From Clostridia bacterium (GTDB taxonomy: Bacteria > Bacillota > Clostridia > Oscillospirales > CAG-272), in NCBI GenBank assembly GCA_017631325.1, contig JAGBTM010000006.1, positions 23,159-87,158 of the forward strand: a DNA stretch of 64,000 bases, given 5' to 3'. Shown here one piece after another: positions 9,600 through 18,870 of this stretch (position 1 is its first letter; every line of letters begins with the position of its first letter). A program made the translations under genes and the position numbers. The notes beneath the pieces are model-generated. The model was not told the origin of the DNA. It saw only the letters and a program-made list of their open reading frames with translations, and made no database searches.

Positions 9600-10352
9600 C
9601 TATTTATACGCCATTATTCTGCGTATTACGTCCTCGGCGTTTTCAAATTTTTTGTCTGCCTCTCCGAGCCCGAACGTCAGGTCTACGCTCTTACATCTAA
9701 GGCAGAGGACGGTGTCCTCGGGCAGACTTTCGATAACGGGAAGTTTGGAAAACTCAAGAGATTTAAGGTATATACCCGTTTTTGTGGCATCTGTGTATTC
9801 GGGGCTTATTCCTGCCGCCTCGACATACTTTTCAAGGCTTAAAAAAATCGCGCCGTCGTATCTTTCGCAGTAGTCATCGTATAGCGCGCGTGACAGAAGC
9901 ATAACGTGATAATCGCCCGTCATAACGATGTTGTTCAGGTCGGTGTAGTCCTCTTTCACTCTTGCTTCGTTTACGCTATGCCCAAGCGCAAGCTCTTTGT
10001 CAATTTCCTTTGCCGTCAGGACGTAGCGGTCATCGAGATTTATGTTCACCTCACCGTCGCCGTTGTAGTCTCCTACTACACGCTCAAGGCTCTTGATGGC
10101 CGTGTTGTAGGGCGGTATACCGTCGCTTGAGGTCTTGGATAGATAGTATCCACCTGCGTAGACGATATTTATATCGTAGTCGCGCTTGTTTATAAGCTGA
10201 CCGATAAGAACCGACGCAAAAATTATTACTAAAGCGACAACCACCGTGTGCCATTTATAATAGTACCAGAAGTTTTCAAGACGCTCCCTTAGGCTTGCCT
10301 TTTTGGCAGAGGCCTCGGCGCCTTCTCTTATTTCGCTTTGAGCTTCACTCAT
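9600..10352 (-). CDS. Hypothetical single-pass membrane-anchored protein
   Basis: ATG 10352 with GAGGTG 7 nt upstream is preferred over GTG 10361. One TM segment (WHTVVVALVIIFASVLIGQL) followed by a soluble domain. No family recognised. Confidence 0.6.
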   Translation of the reverse strand: MSEAQSEIREGAEASAKKASLRERLENFWYYYKWHTVVVALVIIFASVLIGQLINKRDYDINIVYAGGYYLSKTSSDGIPPYNTAIKSLERVVGDYNGDGEVNINLDDRYVLTAKEIDKELALGHSVNEARVKEDYTDLNNIVMTGDYHVMLLSRALYDDYCERYDGAIFLSLEKYVEAAGISPEYTDATKTGIYLKSLEFSKLPVIESLPEDTVLCLRCKSVDLTFGLGEADKKFENAEDVIRRIMAYK

Positions 10353-10478
10353 CTTTAGCACCTCGAATGCTTTTTTCTAAATTATATCAGTTATTTGTGA
10401 ACTTTTCAACACATAGCGCGCAAAAAGACGAAAAACGGTCGTAAAATGGAGAATAAAACAACTTTTTTCCGTAGGCTA

Positions 10479-10507
10479 TTGCAATAATCATGAAATAGTT
10501 ATATAAT
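10479..10507 (+). promoter_or_regulatory. SigA-type promoter of the metF operon (TTGCAA-17-TATAAT)
   Basis: TTGCAA at 10479-10484, 17-nt spacer, TATAAT at 10502-10507, 45 nt upstream of ATG 10553. Confidence 0.55.
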
Positions 10508-10552
10508 TAAATAAAATCTTTTACAAAAATTTTTGACGTCGGAGGTTTTGAG

Positions 10553-11428
10553 ATGAAAATAACAGAGCTTCTTAACAAGGATAAATTGACCCTCTCGTTT
10601 GAGGTTTTCCCGCCTAAAAGCGAGAGTGGATTTGAGAGCGTAAGGGTCGCTACCGAAAAGATAGCTAAGCTTCGCCCTCTGTTTATGAGTGTAACCTACG
10701 GAGCAGGCGGAGGAACGAGCAGGTATACGCTCAGCATTGCCGAAAATATCAAGGCAAGGCACGGGGTTCCGACAGTCGCGCATCTCACCTGCGTTTCCTC
10801 GACAAGACAAACCGTCAAGGAGAAAATCGAGAGCATTCGTGCTGCGGGCATAAAGAATATTATGGCCCTTAGAGGCGACCTGACCCCAGAGCTTATGGAA
10901 AGAGACCGTTCTAGCTGGGATTACCGCTATGCAGTAGACCTCATACGCGAGCTTCGTGCATACGGTGACGAGTTCTGTATCGGTGGTGCGTGCTATCCGG
11001 AGGTTCACCCCGAGAGCGAAAATCAAAAGGAAGACCTCAGACGTCTTAAGGAAAAGGTGGACGCCGGCTGTTCGTTTTTGACCACGCAGATGTTTTTTGA
11101 CAATAATCTTCTATATAATTTCCTCTACAAGATACGCGAGGCGGGTATAACCGTCCCGATAATTCCCGGCGTTATGCCTATAACGAATGCAAATCAGGTC
11201 GCTCGCGCTATCAAGCTTTCGGGCTCGTTTATGCCACAGCGATTTAAGGCGCTCGTTGACAAATTCGGCTCATCGCCAAACGCTATGAAGCAGGCGGGAA
11301 TTGCTTACGCCACCGACCAGATTATAGACCTTTTCGCTAACGGAATTAATAACGTCCACGTTTATTCTATGAACAAGCCCGACGTTGCCGAAGCGATAAT
11401 GAATAATCTTTCGGACATTTTGTCGTGA
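10553..11428 (+). CDS. metF: 5,10-methylenetetrahydrofolate reductase
   Basis: LSFEVFPPKSE, SVTYGAGGGT, AHLTC, ALRGD and GGACYPEVHPES are MetF family hallmarks. Confidence 0.9.
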   Translation: MKITELLNKDKLTLSFEVFPPKSESGFESVRVATEKIAKLRPLFMSVTYGAGGGTSRYTLSIAENIKARHGVPTVAHLTCVSSTRQTVKEKIESIRAAGIKNIMALRGDLTPELMERDRSSWDYRYAVDLIRELRAYGDEFCIGGACYPEVHPESENQKEDLRRLKEKVDAGCSFLTTQMFFDNNLLYNFLYKIREAGITVPIIPGVMPITNANQVARAIKLSGSFMPQRFKALVDKFGSSPNAMKQAGIAYATDQIIDLFANGINNVHVYSMNKPDVAEAIMNNLSDILS

Positions 11429-12048
11429 TGGAGGCGCCTCTTGTAAGGGAGTACCGAGCTCCCGAAATCAACCGAGACGAAATTTTCAGGTATCTTGGAC
11501 AAAGACGTCCAGAGGAGCAGTTATCGTCACTCGTAGAGGAGTGCATAAAAGAGGTGGACGGAGCTTTGTCCTACAAGGTGTGCTACGCCGAGCTTTCGAT
11601 TAAAGCCGAGGGTGAGCTTCTCGATTTAGGCTTTACCAAGACCGACTCACGCGCGCTTGAAAGGGTGCTTTCCGGGTGCGATAGCATAGTGCTTTTTGCC
11701 GCAACGCTCGGTGTTGGCGCTGACAGACTGATTATGCGTTACAGCGCGAGAAACCCCGCAAAGGCTCTCGTGCTTGATGCCATCTTTACCGAAAGGATAG
11801 AGGCGCTTTGCGATACGTTTTGTCTAGAGATAAAAAAGGAGATGGAAAGGCGTGGGTGTGAAACCCAAAAGCGATTTAGTGCAGGCTACGCCGATTTTCC
11901 TCTTGAAGCGCAGAGGGACGTTTTCTTATGTCTTACCCCCGAAAAGAATATAGGTGTGCATCTTAATTCTACGCTTCTTATGACGCCCACAAAATCTGTA
12001 ACCGCGATAATCGGAATAAGAAAAATTGATGAGAAAACAGCTTTTTAA
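11425..12048 (+). CDS. Stand-alone MetH reactivation (AdoMet-binding activation) domain protein
   Basis: The C-terminal RFSAGYADFPLEAQRDVF...LMTPTKSVTAIIG resembles the RPAPGYPxxPxH...M.P..S core of the Met_synt_B12 domain. The start overlaps the metF stop (ATGA-type overlap at 11425-11428). Confidence 0.7.
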   Translation: MMEAPLVREYRAPEINRDEIFRYLGQRRPEEQLSSLVEECIKEVDGALSYKVCYAELSIKAEGELLDLGFTKTDSRALERVLSGCDSIVLFAATLGVGADRLIMRYSARNPAKALVLDAIFTERIEALCDTFCLEIKKEMERRGCETQKRFSAGYADFPLEAQRDVFLCLTPEKNIGVHLNSTLLMTPTKSVTAIIGIRKIDEKTAF

Positions 12049-12062
12049 TTGAAGCGGCCCCT

Positions 12063-12175
12063 CGATAGTTAAAATCGCTTTTCCGATAATTAAAATAAGA
12101 TTTCGATAACTAAAATTCGATTTTGGGAAACTAAAATTTGTTTTATGATAAAATCGGTTTTATGATAATTAAATC
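12063..12175. repeat. About six degenerate 20-21-bp tandem units (GATAAyTAAAAT core) in the met operon spacer
   Basis: The units read cgatagttaaaatcgctttt / ccgataattaaaataagattt / cgataactaaaattcgatttt / gggaaactaaaatttgtttt / atgataaaatcggtttt / atgataattaaatcagt. Confidence 0.8.
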
Positions 12176-12284
12176 AGTCCGAAAGCTTCTGGTTTGTTTT
12201 TAAGCCAAATGAACTTTTAGGGCAAAAATGACAATAAAGCTTTGCAAAAATGCAGGTTTTGCACCGAATTTGTTCGAGGTGAAA

Positions 12285-14696
12285 ATGAAAATTACAGAAT
12301 TTTTAAAAGAAAATACACTCTATCTTGACGGTGGAATGGGAACTCTTCTGCAAGGCATGGGGCTTGCGCCCGGTGAGCTGCCTGAGAGATGGAATATAAA
12401 AAATCCCGAAAAAATTAAAAGTATACACCGAGCGTATTTTGACGCAGGCTGTAACGTAGTAAATACCAACACCTTTGGCGCTAACTCACTCAAGCTGTCG
12501 AAAGAAGAGCTTGAAGAGATTATTCGCTCTGCTGTTTCAATAGCGAGGTCTGCGGCTGAAGAATGCACTCTCGACGGTGAAAGATGGGTAGCTCTTGACA
12601 TAGGACCAAGCGGCAAAATGCTGAAGCCGTACGGTGAGCTTGAGTTCGAGGAGGCCGTTCGCGTTTTTGGCGAGGTTGCAGCGCTTGGCGAAAAATACGG
12701 TGCTGACCTTATATTTATCGAAACCATGAGTGACAGCTACGAAACCAAGGCGGCGCTACTGGGAGCGAAGGAAAACAGCACTCTCCCCGTATTCGTATCG
12801 AATGCGTACGGTATAGACGGCAAGCTTATGACGGGTGCCGACCCCCTGGCTATGATAGCGATGCTTGAGGGAATGGGCGCTGATGCCATAGGAGCAAACT
12901 GCTCGGTGGGACCCGAGGCGCTCGCTCCCGTTATGGAAAAATACCTGAAATATTCATCTGTGCCGATTATTCTTAAGCCCAACGCAGGACTGCCAAAGTC
13001 CGAAAACGGCAGGACCGTGTACGATATTTCGCCCGAGGAGTTTGCCCGTCAGCTTGCACCTCTCGTTACGGCAGGCGTTCGTGCGGTTGGTGGCTGCTGC
13101 GGTACGACACCCGAATATATTAAGGCTCTCGTTGACACAACGCGCAGCATTGCGCCCGTGCCGGTTACCGAAAAGAGCTTTAGTGCCGTATCCTCTTACA
13201 CGCATGCTGTGGAGCTTGGCAAAAGCCCCATTCTTATCGGTGAGCGCATAAACCCCACGGGCAAAAAGAGATTTAAAGAGGCCCTCAGAGCCTCCGACCT
13301 CTCCTACATAGTAGGCGAGGGAATAAAGCAGGAGGAGGCCGGCGTGTCGGTGCTCGACGTGAACGTCGGTCTTCCCGAAATTGACGAAAAACAGATGCTG
13401 ACAAGGGTCGTGCGCGAGCTGCAGGCGGTCATTGATTTGCCTTTACAGATAGATACCTCAAGCACCTCGGCTATGGAAGCGGCGCTTCGTATCTACAACG
13501 GCAAGGCTATGATAAACTCCGTGAGTGGCAAGGCCGAGAGCATGAGAGAGGTATTCCCGCTCGTTAAAAAGTACGGAGGTCTCGTGGTTGCGCTTACTCT
13601 TGATGAGGACGGCATACCGAAGAGCGCCGAGGACAGACTGAAAATAGCCGAGAAAATTCTTTCCGAGGCCAACAAATACGGCATCAAGAAAAAGGATATT
13701 ATATTTGACCCGCTTGCGATGGCTGTCAGCGCCGACTCGCGCGCAGCGGCTGAAACGCTAAAGGCTGTGTCGCTGATTAGGGAGAAGCTTTGTGCACTCA
13801 CGTCTGTTGGCGTATCAAACGTTTCGTTTGGTCTGCCTATGCGCGACGCCATCAACTCCTCGTTCTTTACCCTTGCACTCGGCAGAGGTCTGTCGGCTGC
13901 AATAATGAACCCTCATTCCGACGAAATGATGCGCGCATATTACTGCTACAAGGCTCTTGTCGGACAGGACGAAAGCTTCAGAGAATACATCGAGTACACC
14001 GCCAGAGCCCCTATGCTAAAGGTTGCCGAGAGTGTGCAAAACGCTACACGCACCGAGGATAACGAGCAGTTTTCTAGCGAGCTTGTGCGAGCCATAGTCA
14101 AGGGAATGTGCGCCCCCACGCGTGAGCTTGCTGAAAAGCTCATTAAGTTCAAGGCTCCGCTCGATATAATAAACGAGGATATAGTCCCTGCGCTCGATAA
14201 GGTGGGCGAGGGCTTTGAGAAAAAAACTATATATCTGCCAGGTCTTCTTATGAGCGCTGAGGCGGCAGCTTCTGCCTTCGAGGTTATAAAGGCCCATTCA
14301 ACGACCGAAAGTGCAGAGAAATGCACCGTTGTTATCGCAACCGTTGAGGGTGATATACACGATATAGGAAAGAATATCGTAAAGCTTCTTCTTGAAAATT
14401 ATGGCTTCAAGGTAATTGACCTCGGCCGTGACGTCAAGGGCGAGCTGATAGCAGAGGCGGTCGTAAAGCACAGTGCGGCACTCGTAGGCCTCAGCGCGCT
14501 TATGACGACCACCGTTCCCGCAATGGAGGAGGCTATAAGGCTCATAAGAGAGCGCGCGCCCGAGTGTAAAATTATGGTGGGTGGAGCAGTGCTAACGCTC
14601 GAGTATGCCGAAAAAATCGGAGCCGATAAATACGGCAAGGACGCTATGGAGGCCGTAAGATACGCCCTTGATGTAGATAAGAGCATTAACCAATAA
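12285..14696 (+). CDS. metH: Cobalamin-dependent methionine synthase core (Hcy-binding, pterin-binding, B12 cap and B12-binding domains; no activation domain)
   Basis: LDGGMGT and GGCCGTTPEYI (Hcy methyltransferase); GERINPTG...LDVNVG (pterin-binding); EGDIHDIGKNIV (DxHxxG B12 motif). Start set at ATG 12285 (MKITEFLKE), which follows GAGGTG. Confidence 0.9.
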   Translation: MKITEFLKENTLYLDGGMGTLLQGMGLAPGELPERWNIKNPEKIKSIHRAYFDAGCNVVNTNTFGANSLKLSKEELEEIIRSAVSIARSAAEECTLDGERWVALDIGPSGKMLKPYGELEFEEAVRVFGEVAALGEKYGADLIFIETMSDSYETKAALLGAKENSTLPVFVSNAYGIDGKLMTGADPLAMIAMLEGMGADAIGANCSVGPEALAPVMEKYLKYSSVPIILKPNAGLPKSENGRTVYDISPEEFARQLAPLVTAGVRAVGGCCGTTPEYIKALVDTTRSIAPVPVTEKSFSAVSSYTHAVELGKSPILIGERINPTGKKRFKEALRASDLSYIVGEGIKQEEAGVSVLDVNVGLPEIDEKQMLTRVVRELQAVIDLPLQIDTSSTSAMEAALRIYNGKAMINSVSGKAESMREVFPLVKKYGGLVVALTLDEDGIPKSAEDRLKIAEKILSEANKYGIKKKDIIFDPLAMAVSADSRAAAETLKAVSLIREKLCALTSVGVSNVSFGLPMRDAINSSFFTLALGRGLSAAIMNPHSDEMMRAYYCYKALVGQDESFREYIEYTARAPMLKVAESVQNATRTEDNEQFSSELVRAIVKGMCAPTRELAEKLIKFKAPLDIINEDIVPALDKVGEGFEKKTIYLPGLLMSAEAAASAFEVIKAHSTTESAEKCTVVIATVEGDIHDIGKNIVKLLLENYGFKVIDLGRDVKGELIAEAVVKHSAALVGLSALMTTTVPAMEEAIRLIRERAPECKIMVGGAVLTLEYAEKIGADKYGKDAMEAVRYALDVDKSINQ

Positions 14697-14751
14697 AAAT
14701 AATAAAGAAAACAAGAGTAGCAACAAATAAAAAGAAATAAAGAAAACAAAA

Positions 14752-14782
14752 AGCAGTGTTCGTTTTTGAATACTGCTTTTTT
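14752..14782 (+). terminator. Rho-independent terminator after metH
   Basis: A 10-bp stem, AGCAGTGTTC with GAATACTGCT, 6-nt loop, then TTTTTT. Confidence 0.75.
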
Positions 14783-14803
14783 GTTTTCATCTAAACAATA
14801 AGT

Positions 14804-14849
14804 AAAACGGGCAGAATGAAAACTTTAGGTTACATTCTGTCCGTTTTTT
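14804..14849. terminator. Second, bidirectional terminator (15-bp stem)
   Basis: AAAACGGGCAGAATG (14804-14818) pairs with CATTCTGTCCGTTTT (14833-14847). A and T runs on both sides mean it serves convergent metH and the LRR lipoprotein gene. Confidence 0.75.
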
Positions 14850-14943
14850 GAAATTGTTTTGCTATATAATTTGGATTTTAGTGTGTTAGTAATTTTGAGC
14901 TTTTCGTTCCTTTTATGAATATCGGTGCGTCTTCACTCAGGGG

Positions 14944-17442
14944 CTATCTGCCAAAATAAGGGGTGTATCCCGCTCTATCCTCGCACGCCTTTGCTAGCTC
15001 TTCGTTCATATCAGGTACGCATAGTGAAAGGGAAGAAAAAATGAGGTCGTATTTGCGCGCGATGCTCTCTTCGTCTAGGGATTTGTCAATAGCATAGGCA
15101 CAGGTGGAGCTGTTGTTTATAGCGGGAAGGTTCTTTTGCCATTTTTCCACGGTGGCGTCGTACAGAGCCTTGTACTCGGCTCTTTCCTCTGCGGTATAAT
15201 AGTCGTCAAGGTAGGGGTACAAATCAAGGAGCGCCTCGGTGTTGTATTCCGAGTATTCCCCAAACACCGTATTCATAGCGGAGATATAGGAGGCGATTTC
15301 CTTGTATCCCTTGTCTGTGGTTTTTCCTATTACGGCTTGTGCATACGACAGGTATTCCTTGGTAACGGCAAACACCCTCGTGGAATTTATCGCACCGTGC
15401 TTTGTGAGTGCGGATTTGTCGGTGCGGTACGGGTTGAAGCTCTTAAGTCTTCCGTAGCCCGATACCGAAATGACGGTGGTGAGGCTGAACTCACCGAGGT
15501 GCTTTGTGAGAAGCGCCTCGAGGCCCTCGAACATCGGCTCTACAATATATTTTTCAAAATCTTCCTTGAGGATAGCTCCCGGGACGGTTGCCTTTTTCGG
15601 AGTGTTCTCACCGTCTGCAAGGCATACTACCGAAAGAGAGTATAGCTCGGTCGCGCTACCCTCAATTTTGGCCCACTGCTCGCGCGTGCCGTCGTAGTAG
15701 ATAGCCACGAGAGAGGTACAGTCACAAAGGGCGTTTTCTGCTATTTTGGTGACACCCGTGTGAAGATTTAAGTAAATGAGGCTCTCAAGACCTGCGAGTG
15801 CGTAGCTCTTTATTTCGCTTATGCTGTTCGGCAGAGTTAAGTGCGTGAGGGCTGTACGGTTAATATAGAGCGCGCCTGCGTGATAGGTGGGGTTAGAGTC
15901 CTTTGTGGTATAGTCTATTTTAAGATACGAGGCTATATCGCTGATATAAACCGACGAGAGCCTATGGCAGTTATAGAAGGCCTCTTTGCCGATTTTTTCA
16001 AGAGTGGTAGGCAGTGTGATTTCCCTGAGATTTGTACATTGAGAGAAAACCTTTTGTCCAATTTCGGATACACCCTCGGGGATAAGTAGCGAGCTAAGGT
16101 AGAAATGACGGTAAAAGGCATACTCGTAAATAGCGTAGCCATCACCCATAAAGCTCGTGGGAAGCGTGGGTGAGTTATCGCCGCCCGTGTATGCGACAAG
16201 ATAATTTTTATCTTCATAGGTATAGAAGATATAGTCACCCTCGCAGACAAGACGCGAGGGACCTGAGTGTACCTCGAGCGCATAAAGACCAACCTTGCCG
16301 TAGTCGGTAGAGCCTGCTACGACGTCGAGAGAGCTGTTATTTATGACCTCTACCATCTTGTAGCAGTCGATAAAGGCCGTTTCGTTAATATATTCTACCG
16401 ATGCGCCAAGGGTTACGGACACAAGGTCGTTACAGTCGAAAAATGCGCTTGTGTGTATGTGGGTTACGCTGTCCGGAATGACGAGCGTTGTAATAGAGCG
16501 GCAGCTTGTAAAGGTGTTTGCGCCTATCGTTCTGACGCCCTCGGGAACGTTGATTTTCTTAAATCCGTATCCGCCTATAAAGGCGTAATTTCCAATGCTC
16601 GTAACACTGTCGGGTATATTCAGCTCGGTCACCTCTTTTTCGTTTAGGTAGAGGGCGTGTGAATAATAAAGGGGATTTGAGTATCTGTTTGCAAACGAAA
16701 GCTTACACCATCTCTCAAGGCAGGATATGTTCAGACGCTGAAGCCCTGTGCAACCGAGAAAGGCGTCCTTACCGATAGACGTAATGCTTTCGGGTATCGT
16801 TACCTGACGAAGAGATTTAAGTCCCGAGAAAGCACCCTCGGATATGGCAGTAACGCTCTTTCCGTTATAGCTTTGGGGGATAGAGAGTATCTCTCCCTCA
16901 CCCTCGTAGCCGGAAACCGCGTAGTAGCTACCCATATCGGTGTAGGTGACGGTAAGCACGTCGGTGTTTTGTGAGGTGTATACGCTATCGCATACAAGAC
17001 ATCTTCCGCCTACGTAGTCGTGCGCCTCAACGTCGGTTGTAAATGCGCACTCGGTACATTCTCGTCTGTGTCCGTCGCCTGCCGAGACGAAGTCACCGAG
17101 ACTATGAGAGAGCCTTGTTCCTTCGTCGGTCACGGTGTCGACAGCGCCGCATCTATGACAGACGGCGCTCTTCGTTCCGTCACGCTCACAGCTTGCGTCG
17201 GCGCACGAGACGTACTCACTAAGGTCGTGTCCGAGTGCTGAGTCCTCGTCGCTTATCGTAACGGTCTGCTGGCACACGGTACATTTTGCACTTTTAGTTC
17301 CGTCGCTCTCGCAGGTAGCGTCACCGTTTTCCAAAAAAGGCTCGAGAGTGTGTCCCGATTTGCAGGGATTCTCCCCCTCGCACGAGGCGAGCGCAAGCAC
17401 GCAAAGCAGGCCTATAAATGATGCTGTAATTATCTTTTTCAT
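14944..17442 (-). CDS. Surface lipoprotein: N-terminal Cys-rich repeat modules, BspA-type leucine-rich repeats, C-terminal domain of unknown function
   Basis: Signal peptide plus lipobox (LALASC). Three to four modules of H..(x)..C..DGTKSA.C..C. There are many repeats of the I(P/T).SVTSIG..AF..C..L type. Confidence 0.8.
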   Translation of the reverse strand: MKKIITASFIGLLCVLALASCEGENPCKSGHTLEPFLENGDATCESDGTKSAKCTVCQQTVTISDEDSALGHDLSEYVSCADASCERDGTKSAVCHRCGAVDTVTDEGTRLSHSLGDFVSAGDGHRRECTECAFTTDVEAHDYVGGRCLVCDSVYTSQNTDVLTVTYTDMGSYYAVSGYEGEGEILSIPQSYNGKSVTAISEGAFSGLKSLRQVTIPESITSIGKDAFLGCTGLQRLNISCLERWCKLSFANRYSNPLYYSHALYLNEKEVTELNIPDSVTSIGNYAFIGGYGFKKINVPEGVRTIGANTFTSCRSITTLVIPDSVTHIHTSAFFDCNDLVSVTLGASVEYINETAFIDCYKMVEVINNSSLDVVAGSTDYGKVGLYALEVHSGPSRLVCEGDYIFYTYEDKNYLVAYTGGDNSPTLPTSFMGDGYAIYEYAFYRHFYLSSLLIPEGVSEIGQKVFSQCTNLREITLPTTLEKIGKEAFYNCHRLSSVYISDIASYLKIDYTTKDSNPTYHAGALYINRTALTHLTLPNSISEIKSYALAGLESLIYLNLHTGVTKIAENALCDCTSLVAIYYDGTREQWAKIEGSATELYSLSVVCLADGENTPKKATVPGAILKEDFEKYIVEPMFEGLEALLTKHLGEFSLTTVISVSGYGRLKSFNPYRTDKSALTKHGAINSTRVFAVTKEYLSYAQAVIGKTTDKGYKEIASYISAMNTVFGEYSEYNTEALLDLYPYLDDYYTAEERAEYKALYDATVEKWQKNLPAINNSSTCAYAIDKSLDEESIARKYDLIFSSLSLCVPDMNEELAKACEDRAGYTPYFGR

Positions 17443-17471
17443 AAAATCTCTCCAAATATGGATTTTGGGGT

Positions 17472-18584
17472 TTAAATTTTAATAATCTGCTCACAAACGT
17501 CGCCAAGATTTGAATTAAATACCACCCGTGCGTTGTTTTCTCTAAGATTTATATAAGCGCCTCTCATAATGCGCCCGTTCGCTTCGGTTTTTATAAGCTC
17601 CGAGCCGACCACCACGGTACAGGGATGTCCAAGCTCGTCAAGCTCGTCGCCGGGGTGACTGATACAGCACTTATGAGTATGACCCGAGAGCATAAGATTT
17701 GGCTTTATATTTTCCTTTATCACATTTGCCCAGTCGGAGTAAAGCTCTCTTTCTATATCGAAGATTTTCTCGTCCTTTGGGAAGGTGAATGGGACGTGAG
17801 AAATTACGAGCCTGTACCTTACGCCATCTGCCTCGTACTCCTCTTTTGGATTTTCAATCGTGCTTTTAATCATTTCGCCTACGCAAAGACGAAAGTCGTG
17901 ACAGCAGACGGTGTGTCCGTAAGCAGAGTTAGAGTCGTCCTTGTCCTCGCCCGTGTCAACGAGAAGTCCCCAGATACAGCCTACTCTGAACGAATAGTAG
18001 GATTTTCCAAGACTGTCCGGCATATACTCGGTAAGCTGCTCGGCAAGAGCGCCTCTTAGGTCGTGGTTTCCGCGCGAAATTACAGTGGGTATCTCGCCCT
18101 TCGCTATTCTCGAGGAAATCTTGTAGCAGAGCGTTATGGCGTCGAATGTGTCCGACGCACTCGAAACGTCACCGTTGAGAACGAGTAGGTCGAGCCCGTT
18201 GGAATAAGGCTCTGCACAGGCTACTGCGTGGTCGAAATAACCGTGTACGTCGGCAAGATGGTAGACGTTTATGTCGCTCGTTTTTTCTATCGGTCTGAAA
18301 GCATAGCGTCTTTCGACGGGCTCGCCCGTTTTCGAATAGTAGTCTAGTCTCTCTATCATTTTTTCGGCTATAAGAGTATAACCGCGGGCCTCGTCAAGCT
18401 CAGACATCGGAACTGTGATTTTATGTACACCGGGCTTCGATTTTCTTATGCCGTTGGTGTGACAGAAATAGCTCTTTTTACCGACGCGAACCGAAATCAG
18501 AGCGTCCGCGTAAACGACAACTGCTATCTGATAATTATTTCCCACAGGGCAAACCGTGGGGTGATATAAAACCATACCTTCCAT
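17472..18584 (-). CDS. Calcineurin-like metallophosphoesterase
   Basis: HLADVHG, LNGD, SRGNHD and SGHTH metallophosphatase motifs. Start set at ATG 18584 (MEGMVLYHP), which follows AGAGGGA. Confidence 0.8.
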   Translation of the reverse strand: MEGMVLYHPTVCPVGNNYQIAVVVYADALISVRVGKKSYFCHTNGIRKSKPGVHKITVPMSELDEARGYTLIAEKMIERLDYYSKTGEPVERRYAFRPIEKTSDINVYHLADVHGYFDHAVACAEPYSNGLDLLVLNGDVSSASDTFDAITLCYKISSRIAKGEIPTVISRGNHDLRGALAEQLTEYMPDSLGKSYYSFRVGCIWGLLVDTGEDKDDSNSAYGHTVCCHDFRLCVGEMIKSTIENPKEEYEADGVRYRLVISHVPFTFPKDEKIFDIERELYSDWANVIKENIKPNLMLSGHTHKCCISHPGDELDELGHPCTVVVGSELIKTEANGRIMRGAYINLRENNARVVFNSNLGDVCEQIIKI

Positions 18585-18706
18585 ATAAGTATCCCTCTTT
18601 AAAAAATGTTTATTTTTTAAAAAATACTTCGTTAGGTTTATTGTAGCACAAACACCGCGCTTTTTCAATACTAACAGCCAAACTTATGCAAAACTTTAAA
18701 ATAAAT

Positions 18707-18738
18707 AGAGCCGCATGAGAAAATCTCCTTGCGGCTCT
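18707..18738 (-). terminator. Terminator-like hairpin downstream of lysS
   Basis: AGAGCCGCA pairs with TGCGGCTCT (9-bp stem, 14-nt loop). On the minus strand it is followed by ATTTATTTTAAAG. Confidence 0.5.
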
Positions 18739-18792
18739 TTACGGTTATAGCGTCAGAAATATTATCTTTTTTCCCTGAAATTAACTTATAGT

Positions 18793-18870
18793 GCTTGAAA
18801 ATCAATTTGCAGCGTTTAGAAAACAAACTTGCAACGCCTGAAAATAGCACTTTTCGCCTGAACTATTCAA
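18793..18870. repeat. Four degenerate ~21-bp tandem units directly 3' of lysS
   Basis: The units read gcttgaaaatcaatttgcagc / gtttagaaaacaaacttgcaac / gcctgaaaatagcacttttc / gcctgaactattcaattaagc. Confidence 0.65.

Noticed and set aside
10362-10552. SAM, cobalamin or Met T-box riboswitch upstream of metF and metH
   Set aside because: I could not find the S-box core, a B12 box (GCCACTG-like) or a T-box motif. The predicted metF leader is only about 45 nt.
10499-11026. 175-aa minus-strand ORF over the metF 5' half, and similar shadows at 4151-4765, 19705-20415 and 26717-27205
   Set aside because: They are antisense to metF, the exonuclease gene, lysS and prmA respectively. None has an RBS or motifs.
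12063-12175. CRISPR-like array; the same question applies to 61497-61591 and 18793-18870
   Set aside because: The units are contiguous 20-24-nt degenerate repeats without unique spacers, and no cas genes are present. They are simple tandem repeats.
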